A DNA stretch of 41,995 nucleotides, taken from NCBI GenBank assembly GCA_035623825.1, contig DASPSR010000055.1:1-41995 (forward strand), given 5' to 3'. The notes beneath the pieces are model-generated. The model worked only from the letters and a program-made list of their open reading frames with translations, ran no database searches and was not told the DNA's origin. This stretch comes from Nitrospirota bacterium. Its GTDB lineage: Bacteria; Nitrospirota; UBA9217. Numbering within the stretch: position 1 is the first letter of the stretch; the number at the start of each line of letters is the position of its first letter. Made by a program: the position numbers and the translations under genes. This document shows, in pieces, positions 1 through 9,039 of the stretch.

Positions 1-2256
1 CGAGAAGCATCCGTTCACTGCCCACGCCCAGGGGATGAGCCGGGGAGCGGTGGAGCCGAGGACCGATATGCCGAGGGGGAAAGGAATGCCCATGAGAACA
101 CCCGCAGGAAACACGACAATAAAGGAGAGCATGATCTTCACCGGCAGCGGATGATGGCTCATGGCTGCTATGACCACGGGCATAAGGAGGCTGTAGACAA
201 GAGCAAGACCCGCAAGGATGAGGAGGGCGGAGGGGCTTTTGAGCGCTCTGACGCGCCGGCTCAACAGACTCCCCGCACTGGAGCCGATCAGGACCGATGC
301 AATGACCGTGCTTGCGGCGTACGATGGGTTCTCGAGACCCAGGATCATTTTCTGAATGAATGCGATTTCGACGAACAGATACCCGATTCCGAGAAAGGCG
401 AAGTACGAGAGGAAGGGAACCGGATTCCGCACGGCGGGGGCAGCATCTCTTCTCTTCAGCGTTAGAAGCGGCAGAAGGATCAGGACTGCGCTGACGACGA
501 GGACCTGAAAAAAGAGGACCGGAAGGAGGTAACCCTCTTCGATGAAATACTGCCATTTTTCTCCCATCACCTGGTAGATCGTCTTGATGTTCTTCACCTT
601 GAGATAATAGTGGAAGAAGGGTTTCTCGTCGGTAGACGGCCGGATGTCAAAGAGGTAATCCTCCATGAACCGGCCCCTGGTCTCCCTGTTCATCAAACGC
701 TGAAAGGCTTCAAAATATTCATTGCCCTGCATTTTGATATGCACATTGCTCTCTTCCGGTCTGATGCCGGGGTAGTACACCGGATCGAACCTCATCTCTT
801 GTGTGAACGTCTTGATCCGTCGGATGTCCTCCACGGTCAGCGCTGATTTTTTCATGATTATGGTCAGAGTGTCCCAGCTCCGTATGGCCGCGACATGCCC
901 GGAGATGTCCCTGATGCCGTATGCCTCGGCGGATCTGGCGAGAGTGGCAAGCAGGCGAAGTTCCGTTCTCGGCGGCGGAATGATATAGATGTTAATGGAG
1001 AGGATACCTCCACGCTTCAGGTGAGCCAGATACTGCTCGAAGGCCTCAACAGTGAAACGGTAATCCTCTGCAAATCCGAAGGCCGCTGAGGGCACTGATC
1101 CCGTGAAGGATAGGTCGATGAGGTCGAACTCCATGCCCGACGCTGCAAGCCAGGTCCGCCCAAGTCCGGTCCACGTATTTTCTTCATAGATGCGAGATGA
1201 GCGCCCCCGTCCATATTCGCGCACAGCGCAAATGACCAGGGGATTTGAGTCTACGGCATATATGCTCTCCGCACCGAACTGCCGGGCCGTCAGGAGGGCG
1301 AGGCCAGCCCGCGGTTCGATGACGAGCACATCTTTGTCCCTGCCCAGACGATAGGCCAGGCTGGAGGGGAGGGAGCGGATGAAGGCGAGCCTGCCGCTGT
1401 CCGTCTCGTCGGTTATTGCGTAGATGTCGCCGGCATCAACTGCGATCCCTGTCTGCTCGGGCAGCGGCTCGAGGTACGTAAAGCTCAGGCCGGGTGCAAA
1501 CCTGACCGCGGGGCTCTTGAAGAGGTCGACACGCGAGTACGGGCTGTACTTCGTTCCAATTCGCTCTGCGCCAGGGAACTTCAAGGCGAGCTCATAAGGC
1601 TTGTAGGGAGATATCCTGGGCTGGGTAAACTCCGGATGCGTGATGAGGACGACGAGGTTCAAGGCGAGGAGCAGCATTGAGGCGGTTCTCATCCTCCAGC
1701 CGACCCAGGGCAGAAGCCCTGCGGCAAGGAGCGAGGACACGATGAACACGCTTTTCTCCGGTCCGCCAAGGGAGAGAAGCCAGACCATGGCGAGCGCTCC
1801 TGCGCCTGCTCCCGTGAGGTCCACGGCGTAGATCGTATTGGCCTCACGGGACATCGTGGAGTAGGAAACGGAGACGATCAATCCGAAGAAGAAGAACGGA
1901 ACAGAGAGAATGAAGTAGTAAAGGCTTATCGCGAGTATCTGCATCCGGTCCCAGGAAAGCCGTGCAGGATCGAAAGTGACGGCGTTGGCAAGGAGATAGG
2001 ATGCGGGGATGCTTACGGCGAGCATCAGTCCGTACCTGGGAACGCTTCGGATGTCATTGAGTCCTGTAAAAACCGCGAGCACGGTTCCGCTTGCGCCGAT
2101 GCCGAGCATGGCGATGCTGATGACCATGAAGGCGAAGTGATACCAGAGTGAAATTGAAAAGACCCGCATGAGCGCTATTTCGTAGGAGAGGCCCGATAGC
2201 GAAGCGATGAATATGAGCGACAGTATCATTCTGTCTTTGTTTCTCATTCCGCCCAT
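1..2256 (-). CDS. Spermidine-synthase-like (SAM-dependent methyltransferase fold) multi-pass membrane protein; 3' end runs off the window
   Basis: Manual translation from ATG 2256 gives MGGMRNKDRMILSLIFIASLSGLSYEIALMRVFSISLWYHFAFMVISIAMLGIGASG and the same frame reads LIPWAWAVNGCFS at position 1. Both are typical of this family. Absent from the ORF track, presumably because no stop lies in the window. Not every codon was checked for internal stops. Confidence 0.8.
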   Translation of the reverse strand, partial: MGGMRNKDRMILSLIFIASLSGLSYEIALMRVFSISLWYHFAFMVISIAMLGIGASGTVLAVFTGLNDIRSVPRYGLMLAVSIPASYLLANAVTFDPARLSWDRMQILAISLYYFILSVPFFFFGLIVSVSYSTMSREANTIYAVDLTGAGAGALAMVWLLSLGGPEKSVFIVSSLLAAGLLPWVGWRMRTASMLLLALNLVVLITHPEFTQPRISPYKPYELALKFPGAERIGTKYSPYSRVDLFKSPAVRFAPGLSFTYLEPLPEQTGIAVDAGDIYAITDETDSGRLAFIRSLPSSLAYRLGRDKDVLVIEPRAGLALLTARQFGAESIYAVDSNPLVICAVREYGRGRSSRIYEENTWTGLGRTWLAASGMEFDLIDLSFTGSVPSAAFGFAEDYRFTVEAFEQYLAHLKRGGILSINIYIIPPPRTELRLLATLARSAEAYGIRDISGHVAAIRSWDTLTIIMKKSALTVEDIRRIKTFTQEMRFDPVYYPGIRPEESNVHIKMQGNEYFEAFQRLMNRETRGRFMEDYLFDIRPSTDEKPFFHYYLKVKNIKTIYQVMGEKWQYFIEEGYLLPVLFFQVLVVSAVLILLPLLTLKRRDAAPAVRNPVPFLSYFAFLGIGYLFVEIAFIQKMILGLENPSYAASTVIASVLIGSSAGSLLSRRVRALKSPSALLILAGLALVYSLLMPVVIAAMSHHPLPVKIMLSFIVVFPAGVLMGIPFPLGISVLGSTAPRLIPWAWAVNGCFS

Positions 2257-2262
2257 GTGGTG

Positions 2263-2271
2263 ATTCTATCA
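2263..2271 (-). promoter_or_regulatory. Extended -10 element (TGaTAGAAT) 6 nt upstream of the ATG; probable leaderless transcript
   Basis: Minus strand reads TGATAGAAT-CACCAC-ATG, with no Shine-Dalgarno sequence before ATG 2256. Confidence 0.45.
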
Positions 2272-2437
2272 TACGGAGAAAGGACGAACGCTGGTTTGCT
2301 GCATTTTCCGCTCCCTCCAGTTCATGGCGGTAAGATGCGGAAGCCTGCCGGGAGACACATCGACCTATGGCAGGCATTCATGCAGGAAGCGTTCGTCGAT
2401 GGCGGTTCTCACTTCATGACCTTCGGCCTATGGAATA

Positions 2438-2644
2438 TCAGGGTTTTCTCCACTTTTTCTTGTTCTTCGAGAGATGCGTGTCGGCCTTTTGCAGGCCACC
2501 GATTCTGTTTGAGGTCTTCGGGTCTGGAAAGCAGACGGGACAGTATGGTTCCCCCTGGTCCAGGAGGCAGACATGGCCTCACTCGGGGCAGCAGAGGCAC
2601 TCCCGGATCGGCAATGTGCAGACAGGACAGATGTCGGTGCTCAT
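2438..2644 (-). CDS. Small Cys-rich candidate selenoprotein (68 aa, TGA at codon 22 read as Sec)
   Basis: MSTDICPVCTLPIRECLCCPE-U-GHVCLLDQGEPYCPVCFPDPKTSNRIGGLQKADTHLSKNKRKWRKP. TGA at 2579-2581 occupies the second Cys of a CPExGH knuckle, Cys-rich sequence continues past it, and a SECIS-like hairpin follows. Starts 7 nt after the stop of the upstream gene. Confidence 0.7.
2551..2581 (-). promoter_or_regulatory. Candidate bacterial SECIS element
   Basis: TGA, 11-nt spacer GGCCATGTCTG, then stem-loop CCTCCTG-GAC-CAGGGGG with G first in the loop. Confidence 0.6.
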
Positions 2645-2651
2645 GGTCTGT

Positions 2652-3050
2652 TCATTCCCCAAGCATGTCGAAGAGCAGCATCATTTCCTGAAGATGAGCG
2701 GACAACCGCCTTGCTTTTCGTTGCGGTCCCTGGTTCAGCGCCGCTAGGAGCGGTTCGCAGAAATACCATGTACACTTGAAAGGCCGGAGCCATCGCGGAT
2801 TTACGCAGCCGCGGGCTCCTATGAACTGGCAGGGTCCCTCCAACGGCCTCGAATCATCGCGCGGCGGGACCTCGACTCCCAGCGCTCGCAGGTAAAGAAT
2901 GTCCCGCTCCCGATACATCCCGTGCTTCTGCCTGCAGCAGACATCACTGCAGAACGGGCAGACTTCCCTTGTATATTCCTCAATGAGCGACGAGGACACG
3001 ATCAGGAGCTGCTTGAGTCTTTCTGCGGTCAGAACGCGGATATCCATCAT
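2652..3050 (-). CDS. YkgJ/FliB-like CxxCxxxCC Zn/Fe-chelating domain protein
   Basis: CPFCSDVCC...CQFIGARGC...RPFKCTWYFC motif pattern; ATGA start/stop overlap with ctaB at 3047-3050. Confidence 0.75.
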   Translation of the reverse strand: MMDIRVLTAERLKQLLIVSSSLIEEYTREVCPFCSDVCCRQKHGMYRERDILYLRALGVEVPPRDDSRPLEGPCQFIGARGCVNPRWLRPFKCTWYFCEPLLAALNQGPQRKARRLSAHLQEMMLLFDMLGE

Positions 3051-3928
3051 GGCACACGGAAGAAGATGTTCCCAATCGACATGAGGGACATGATTAAGAA
3101 GAGGTAGATGTTGATCTTTCTGAAAAGTCCGGAAGACAGAACCGCTGCCGACTGCCTTTGTGTGAGTTTCTGCCCGTGCCAGGCGAGCCACGCCGCGGGA
3201 GGGATGAGAGAAAAAGAAACCAGCGGTGACCTGATCGTCCCGTAGAGAGGAAGCATCAGGCAGGCGACGCTTGCTGCGAAGATCCAGACAAACGTCACAC
3301 GGGATATCTGTGCGGCGCTCATCACTCCGGCGAGCGACGGCAGACCGGCCCTACGATATTCGTCGCCGTGGCGGATGACCAGGAGCCAGAAGTGCGGTAT
3401 CTGCCACATGAAAAATACGAGGCAGAGGGGAAGGAGACGGACATCGACGGGAGCGCCTCCCGCAGCGCACCATCCGATGGCGGGAGGGATCGCACCGACG
3501 AAAGCCCCGGGTACCGATGCGTAGGCCGTGATCCTCTTGAGACGGGTATAGACGCCGTTGTACCAGAGAAGGGCGGAAAGCCCCAGGACAATTGTGGCCG
3601 CATTCCCGGCGATCACGAGCAGGAGCATCCCCGAGACCGTCAGCGTCAGGGCAAAAGACAATGCCTGCCGAGGCGTTATCATGCCTGCGGGGAGAGGCCT
3701 CCGCCGTGTACGCTCCATCTTTTCGTCGATGTCCCGTTCCTGGAACTGGTTCATTGCTGACGCCCCGCAGGCGAGCAGAAAGACCGCCGCAGCCGGGACC
3801 AGCGCGCCGGTGATCCTGTGATAGGGGCCGATGAAAAAACCGGTTGCCGCGGAACAGGCGGCAAAGAGGGAAATGTATCCCCGGCAGAGCGCAAGATATG
3901 GTTTTATCTCAGCCATGATAGGCAACAT
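3047..3928 (-). CDS. ctaB: Protoheme IX farnesyltransferase (heme O synthase)
   Basis: UbiA-type motif NQFQERDIDEKMERTRRRPLP, YNGVYTRLKR and WQIPHF; located in the cox operon. Start uncertain (3916-3973). Confidence 0.92.
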   Translation of the reverse strand: MLPIMAEIKPYLALCRGYISLFAACSAATGFFIGPYHRITGALVPAAAVFLLACGASAMNQFQERDIDEKMERTRRRPLPAGMITPRQALSFALTLTVSGMLLLVIAGNAATIVLGLSALLWYNGVYTRLKRITAYASVPGAFVGAIPPAIGWCAAGGAPVDVRLLPLCLVFFMWQIPHFWLLVIRHGDEYRRAGLPSLAGVMSAAQISRVTFVWIFAASVACLMLPLYGTIRSPLVSFSLIPPAAWLAWHGQKLTQRQSAAVLSSGLFRKINIYLFLIMSLMSIGNIFFRVP

Positions 3929-3990
3929 CTGCTCTCGTAGATACCGCAAAGATCTCAGCATGCAAATGCTCATGAGTTTGCATCGAGTCG

Positions 3991-4953
3991 CTACTTCAAG
4001 CTCTTAATAAACTCGATAATTTCATCCATCTCCTTGTCCGTCAGCAGTCCTTGCTGCGACGGCATCATTGGCGGGAACCCTTTGACACGGTCGAGCTCCG
4101 GATGCATCAGCGTCTGCTTGATGAAAGCCTCGTCAACCGTGATCTCCCGTTCCTTGCCGTCGCGTATCACGATCTCCTTTTTCCCGAGCAGTCCCTTGAA
4201 CGTCGGACCGATCTTCGGGGTCCCGTCCGTCGTATGGCACGCGACGCAGCCTTTTACCTGGAACAGCTTTGCCCCGTCAGGCGGGGCCATGACCCCTGTC
4301 GCAGCCGGCTGTTCGGCTTTTGCCATCGGCGCTGTCCGAGGCAGCTTGACCTCCTCGCCCTTGTACCAGGCATCGAAATCCTTCTCTGTCAGGACCTCGA
4401 CTTTCGTGATCATGGCGGAGTGGCCCATTCCGCAGTATTCGGTGCAGAAGAGGTCGTACGACCCGAGCTCGTCGGGCAGGAACCAGAGGTAGGTCTGCAT
4501 GCCGGGCACGCAATCCTCCTTGATCCGGTAGGCGGGGATGTAGAGGCTGTGGAGCACGTCTGCCGAGGTGATGAGGAGCTTCACCGGCTTGCGCACAGGG
4601 ACCCTGAGCACGGAGTACTGTTTCCCGTTCTCGTACTCGAAGAGCCATGACCACTGGCGGGCCGTGACCTTCACCGGCATGGCGTCGGGGGGGACCGTGC
4701 GCATATACTGGAAGCCCTTCCACCCGACAAAAAAAATGGCCAGCACGAGGATGGTGGGGATCACGGTCCACAGTATCTCGATGGGAAGATTCTCTCTTAC
4801 GTCTTCCGGATTGGGATTCCTCTTCCGGCTGTACCTGATCACAAAATAGATCATGACTGCCGTATTTAAAAAGAGAAAGGTGACCGAAATGCCCAGGATG
4901 AAGAAGAATACCTTGTCAGCAGGATTCGATAAATTCGTCCAACCGTTGATCAT
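3991..4953 (-). CDS. coxB: Cytochrome c oxidase subunit II with fused C-terminal cytochrome c
   Basis: Two N-terminal TM helices, QWSW, DVLHS, CuA motif CTEYCGMGHSAM, heme c motif CVACH and a distal Met. Confidence 0.96.
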   Translation of the reverse strand: MINGWTNLSNPADKVFFFILGISVTFLFLNTAVMIYFVIRYSRKRNPNPEDVRENLPIEILWTVIPTILVLAIFFVGWKGFQYMRTVPPDAMPVKVTARQWSWLFEYENGKQYSVLRVPVRKPVKLLITSADVLHSLYIPAYRIKEDCVPGMQTYLWFLPDELGSYDLFCTEYCGMGHSAMITKVEVLTEKDFDAWYKGEEVKLPRTAPMAKAEQPAATGVMAPPDGAKLFQVKGCVACHTTDGTPKIGPTFKGLLGKKEIVIRDGKEREITVDEAFIKQTLMHPELDRVKGFPPMMPSQQGLLTDKEMDEIIEFIKSLK

Positions 4954-4962
4954 AGCCCATTC

Positions 4963-5247
4963 TCACCTGTACCAGATATCGAAAAACGTAAGACCGATAA
5001 TGACCGTGATCGTCGCGACCGGGACGAAAAACAGTATTTTAAATAACTTATTTTCATACTTCAAGTGCATGAAGAACCAGAGCACGAGGCTGGCCTTGGT
5101 CGATGCGATCAGCAAATTGGCCAGCATGCTCCATTCCCCCATGCGCATCTCGGCAGCCTTGATCGTCACACCGGTGAGTACGAGCAGCGAGATCCAGATG
5201 AGAACGAATGTCTTTGGAGAAACGATGTGCTTGCTGCTTTCGGCCAT
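4963..5247 (-). CDS. coxD: Cytochrome c oxidase subunit IV
   Basis: Three TM segments; KASLVLWFFMHLKYE motif. Confidence 0.9.
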   Translation of the reverse strand: MAESSKHIVSPKTFVLIWISLLVLTGVTIKAAEMRMGEWSMLANLLIASTKASLVLWFFMHLKYENKLFKILFFVPVATITVIIGLTFFDIWYR

Positions 5248-5265
5248 AGGAACACACCCGCGAAA

Positions 5266-5568
5266 TTATTCGAGCATTTCACCGCAATGCCTGCACCGTT
5301 CCGGTGCGAGGATCGACCACGCATACAACTGCATCCCCAGTATCTTCGTCGGCTTGAGCAGGATCGGCAGCCCGCACCGGGGGCATCGGGACAAAAATGC
5401 ATAGCAACCGTACAGGATCACGCTCAACATGCAATACGCCAGTATCATAAGGTGGCCTGCCTGAAAGTTCCAGACTCCAAACCCCAAAAGAAAGAATAGC
5501 GTCAGCCAGAGTGCCAGCACGATCTTGTGTCTTGTTCGTCTGTCCACGGTAGCGTTTATGGCCCTCAC
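5266..5568 (-). CDS. Hypothetical 2-TM protein with C-terminal zinc ribbon (CPRC...CRHC)
   Basis: GTGA overlap with the coxC stop; two hydrophobic helices followed by two CxxC pairs. Confidence 0.7.
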   Translation of the reverse strand: MRAINATVDRRTRHKIVLALWLTLFFLLGFGVWNFQAGHLMILAYCMLSVILYGCYAFLSRCPRCGLPILLKPTKILGMQLYAWSILAPERCRHCGEMLE

Positions 5569-6179
5569 GTGATCAGATAGAACAACGGGAACAGATATAT
5601 CCAGATAACATCAACGAGATGCCAGAAAAGTCCCGTGTTCTCCAGTTTTACATAATCGTCGCTCGAGACCCTGCCGAGAAGAGTCAAGAGCAGCGTGAAA
5701 CAGATGATCCCGGCGCCGATCAAAACATGGAGGCCGTGGATGCCCGTCATGACGTAATAGAGGCCGAAATAGAGGATCTTCCCATGGCTCATGGCGAGGA
5801 GCTCGGGAGAACTCGGGTAGTAGCCATGCAAGATATGCCCTCGCCATTCGAAAACCTTATTCCCGAGGAAGGCGACGCCCAGGATGATGGTGGCGGCCTG
5901 ATACAGCACGGACCGGGCCGTTGCACCGCTCTTGATAGCCGAGATGGAAAGCGCCATCGTCAGGCTGCTCGTCAGCAGAATAACGGTGTTGACGGCGCCG
6001 AGCGTCAGGCTCATCTCCTTGGCGGCCTCGTGAAAGTCCGCCGTGTTGACCGTGCGATAGATGGCATAGAGCAGGAACATCCCCCCGAAGAGCAGGATTT
6101 CCGTGAAAAGGAACAGCCACATGCCGAGCTTCGCGCCGATGTAGTCGCGGTGTCCAGTATGTACGGTCTCTTCGCTCAT
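5565..6179 (-). CDS. coxC: Cytochrome c oxidase subunit III
   Basis: GMWLFLFTEILLF, NTVILLTSS, TGIHGLHV and FWHLVDVIWIYLFPL motifs. Confidence 0.95.
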   Translation of the reverse strand: MSEETVHTGHRDYIGAKLGMWLFLFTEILLFGGMFLLYAIYRTVNTADFHEAAKEMSLTLGAVNTVILLTSSLTMALSISAIKSGATARSVLYQAATIILGVAFLGNKVFEWRGHILHGYYPSSPELLAMSHGKILYFGLYYVMTGIHGLHVLIGAGIICFTLLLTLLGRVSSDDYVKLENTGLFWHLVDVIWIYLFPLFYLIT

Positions 6180-6281
6180 GAAAAGCTTATCCTTATCAGC
6201 GACATGTTCGAGATCCAAATGGAATCAACGCACAAGTTCAAGATTCATGACGGTCCATCCGAGCGTGGTCGCTTGCACGCT

Positions 6282-7868
6282 CTACCTGTAGGTGTACGGC
6301 CCCTTCGTGACCTCGGGGATCTTCTCGAAGTTCTCTGTTGGCGGCGGCGAGGACGTCTGCCACTCGAGCGTGGCGCCGCCCCAGGGGTTATCGGGCGCCT
6401 TCTCCCCCGCGAAGAGGGAGTGGATCAGGTTATAGAACATGACGAACAGGCCCATTGCGAGTATCCACGACCCGATCGTCGAGACCAGGTTCGGCCCGTT
6501 GAACTCGGGGAGGTAGTCGTAATAGCGCCGCGGCATCCCCATCCAGCCGAGGACGAACATGGAGAAATAGAGCATGTTGAAACCGATGAAGAGGAAGACC
6601 CACGCTAATTTGGCCAGATGTTCTTCATACATTCTCCCGAACATCTTGGGAAACCAGTAGTGGAGGCCGGCGAAAAAGCCGAAGGCGGCACCGCCGAACA
6701 TGACGTAGTGGAAATGGCCCACGATAAAGTACGTGCCGTGGACGTGCACATTCGTCGCAAGAGCGCCTTGCACGAGGCCGGTCAGGCCGCCGATGGAGAA
6801 AAGGAAAATGAAGCCGAGCGTGTAGAGGAGCGGCGCGTCCGTCTTGATCGAGCCCCGGTAGAGACTGGCGATCCAGTTGAACACCTTGATGCCGCTCGGG
6901 ACAGCGACCAGGAACGTGATAAATGAAAAGATGACCCGGGCCGTGTCGCTCATGCCGCTCGTGAACATATGATGGCCCCAGACGAGATAGCCCACGAAGG
7001 CGATGGCGAGACTCGATGCGGCGATCGCCGTGTACCCGAAGATGGTCCTGCGCGCGAACACGGGGATGATGTCGGTCACCGCTCCCATGGCCGGGAGAAT
7101 CATGATGTAGACCGCCGGGTGCGAGTAGATCCAGAACATGTGTTCGAAGAGAATCGGGTCCCCGCCTTTTGTCGGGTCGAAGAAACCAACCCCAAAGAAC
7201 CGTTCCACGATGACCAGAAGAAGCGTAATAGCGATTACCGGAGTGGCCAGGAGCTGGACCCACGACGTGGCGTAGATCGCCCAGGTGAAAAGGGGCAGGC
7301 GCCTCCACGTCATGCCCGGCGCCCTGAGCCGGTGGATCGTCGTAAGGAAATTCATGCCCGTGAGCGTGGACGAAAGCCCGATGAGAAAGACGCCGAAGAC
7401 CGCAAGCGAAACATTCGTGCCCGTTCGGATGCTGTAGGGCACATAGAACGTCCATCCCGTGTCCGGCGGGCCGCCGCCGGTGAAAAGCGACGTGACCGCG
7501 CAGGCCCCGCCCGTGATGAAGAGCCACCAGGAGAGGATGTTGATCTTGGGGAAGGCAACGTCGCGCGCGCCGATCTGAAGCGGCATGACGAAGTTCCCGA
7601 GCGACGACGGAATGCCGGGGATGATAAAGAGGAAGATCATGACCACGCCGTGGAGGGTGAAGATCGCGTTATAGGTCTGGGCGCTGTAAAAGTGCATGCC
7701 GGACCGGATGAGCTCGAGCCGCATGGTGAGCCCGAGAGACACGCCGACGAAGAAGAATGAGAGCGTCGACGCAAGGTAGAGGAGGCCGATCCGCTTATGA
7801 TCGGTCGTGAACAGCCAGCCCCAGATGCCCGGATATCTGCCCGGCGTATGATAGAAACTCGTTTCCAT
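6282..7868 (-). CDS. coxA: Cytochrome c oxidase subunit I, heme-copper oxidase type A2
   Basis: TTDHKRIG, TLHG, GWTFY, FWIYSHPAVY (YS motif marks A2), VWGHHM, GHFHY and GMPRRY; GGGGAG RBS before ATG 7868. Confidence 0.97.
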   Translation of the reverse strand: METSFYHTPGRYPGIWGWLFTTDHKRIGLLYLASTLSFFFVGVSLGLTMRLELIRSGMHFYSAQTYNAIFTLHGVVMIFLFIIPGIPSSLGNFVMPLQIGARDVAFPKINILSWWLFITGGACAVTSLFTGGGPPDTGWTFYVPYSIRTGTNVSLAVFGVFLIGLSSTLTGMNFLTTIHRLRAPGMTWRRLPLFTWAIYATSWVQLLATPVIAITLLLVIVERFFGVGFFDPTKGGDPILFEHMFWIYSHPAVYIMILPAMGAVTDIIPVFARRTIFGYTAIAASSLAIAFVGYLVWGHHMFTSGMSDTARVIFSFITFLVAVPSGIKVFNWIASLYRGSIKTDAPLLYTLGFIFLFSIGGLTGLVQGALATNVHVHGTYFIVGHFHYVMFGGAAFGFFAGLHYWFPKMFGRMYEEHLAKLAWVFLFIGFNMLYFSMFVLGWMGMPRRYYDYLPEFNGPNLVSTIGSWILAMGLFVMFYNLIHSLFAGEKAPDNPWGGATLEWQTSSPPPTENFEKIPEVTKGPYTYR

Positions 7869-8042
7869 ATGATGCTCCCCCCCGTAGTGCATACCGCTAT
7901 TTACTGCTCAGGACGCGGTCGGGGAAATGTAAGGACGATTCGGTGAAAAAGGGAACTTGGGAGAAAGGGAGAAACGAGAACCCGTCTTTTTACTGCCTCT
8001 CACCATTTTCATCCCCTTCTGCGATGCTTCGTATTCCTCCCT

Positions 8043-8834
8043 CTACGCTGCACCGCGTTTCTTCTTCGTCGATATCATAAGATACGCGAAGAACGATGCA
8101 ACGAACAGGACCATGACGGTCCCGGTTACTTTCAGGATATTGAATACATAGGACTTCTTGAGGGGGTCATAGCTGAAACAGTACATGAGCGCCTTTCGCG
8201 CCGGCGATCCCGTCTTGCCCTGGGCCGCTTCGCTCAATGCCATGGTAACGTCGAAGGGGAGAAAGCTTATGCCCTCAAGGTACCGGACGATCTTGCCCGC
8301 CGGAGACACTACGACCAGCGTGACGGGGTGGGAGAAGCTGTGTTCTCCGTCCCGTTGGAACTTGAAGCCGATGGAATCGGTGAACTTCTTGATGTTCGCC
8401 GCGTCACCGGTCACGAATTTCCACGAGTCTTCGGGAAAAGGCTTGCCGACCGCCTTGAGATAGTTGACCTTTTTCTCCGCCGCTGTCTTCGGCGTGTCTG
8501 TATCGTCGAAGCTTATTGCCATCACCTGAAAATCCCTGCCGGGTTTCACGAGTTCGAGTCTGCCGAGCACCTGTGCCAGGCCGGTCAAAAGCAGGGGACA
8601 CTCGTGAGTGCAGCCGAGGTAGACCGGTGCGATGATCGTTGGCTTGTCGATGAACGTTCCCAGGAGGATCTTTCGCCCGTTTTCGTCAATGAACGCGGCG
8701 TCCACCGGCAGGTACTGCCCCAGCTTTTCTTCGAGCGCGATGTCCGCCTTGGTTGCCGTCGTCTCGTGCCCGAAGGCCACGCTCGCCGCCAGCAGCGCTG
8801 CGTTAAAAAAAAGAGTTGGAAATAATCTGCTCAC
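8043..8834 (-). CDS. SCO1/SenC family copper chaperone for CuA assembly
   Basis: CxxxC motif (CTHEC), distal FSHP His, N-terminal signal and C-terminal TM; AAGGAG RBS before GTG 8834; first gene of the cox operon. Confidence 0.9.
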   Translation of the reverse strand: MSRLFPTLFFNAALLAASVAFGHETTATKADIALEEKLGQYLPVDAAFIDENGRKILLGTFIDKPTIIAPVYLGCTHECPLLLTGLAQVLGRLELVKPGRDFQVMAISFDDTDTPKTAAEKKVNYLKAVGKPFPEDSWKFVTGDAANIKKFTDSIGFKFQRDGEHSFSHPVTLVVVSPAGKIVRYLEGISFLPFDVTMALSEAAQGKTGSPARKALMYCFSYDPLKKSYVFNILKVTGTVMVLFVASFFAYLMISTKKKRGAA

Positions 8835-8910
8835 CCGCGACTCCTTTGGCAAGGGAGATGATATCTAAAGTATTATGCTGCAGGATTCAGGCTGGAAGTA
8901 GTACGGTGTA

Positions 8911-8939
8911 AGCATACGTAAGTGCATTGAAAAAGTCAA
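8911..8939 (-). promoter_or_regulatory. Sigma70-type promoter of the cox operon
   Basis: TTGACT-17 nt-TATGCT on the minus strand. Confidence 0.6.
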
Positions 8940-9039
8940 GCAAAGGCTCATTCGACGCGCAAGACCTTCCTTATGCTATATTATGTTATAAGATTCTACT
9001 TTCCGATGCTCCGTATCCGAACACACTAGAGCCTGTCCT

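Noticed and set aside
2409-2600. 63-aa minus-strand ORF in the track
   Set aside because: It is an alternative frame over the Cys-rich read-through ORF, with no RBS or motif.
8927-8939. TTGA-AAAAG-TCAA as an FNR/CRP-type box upstream of the cox operon
   Set aside because: The spacing is one base short of TTGAT-N4-ATCAA, and the site is explained by the -35 element.
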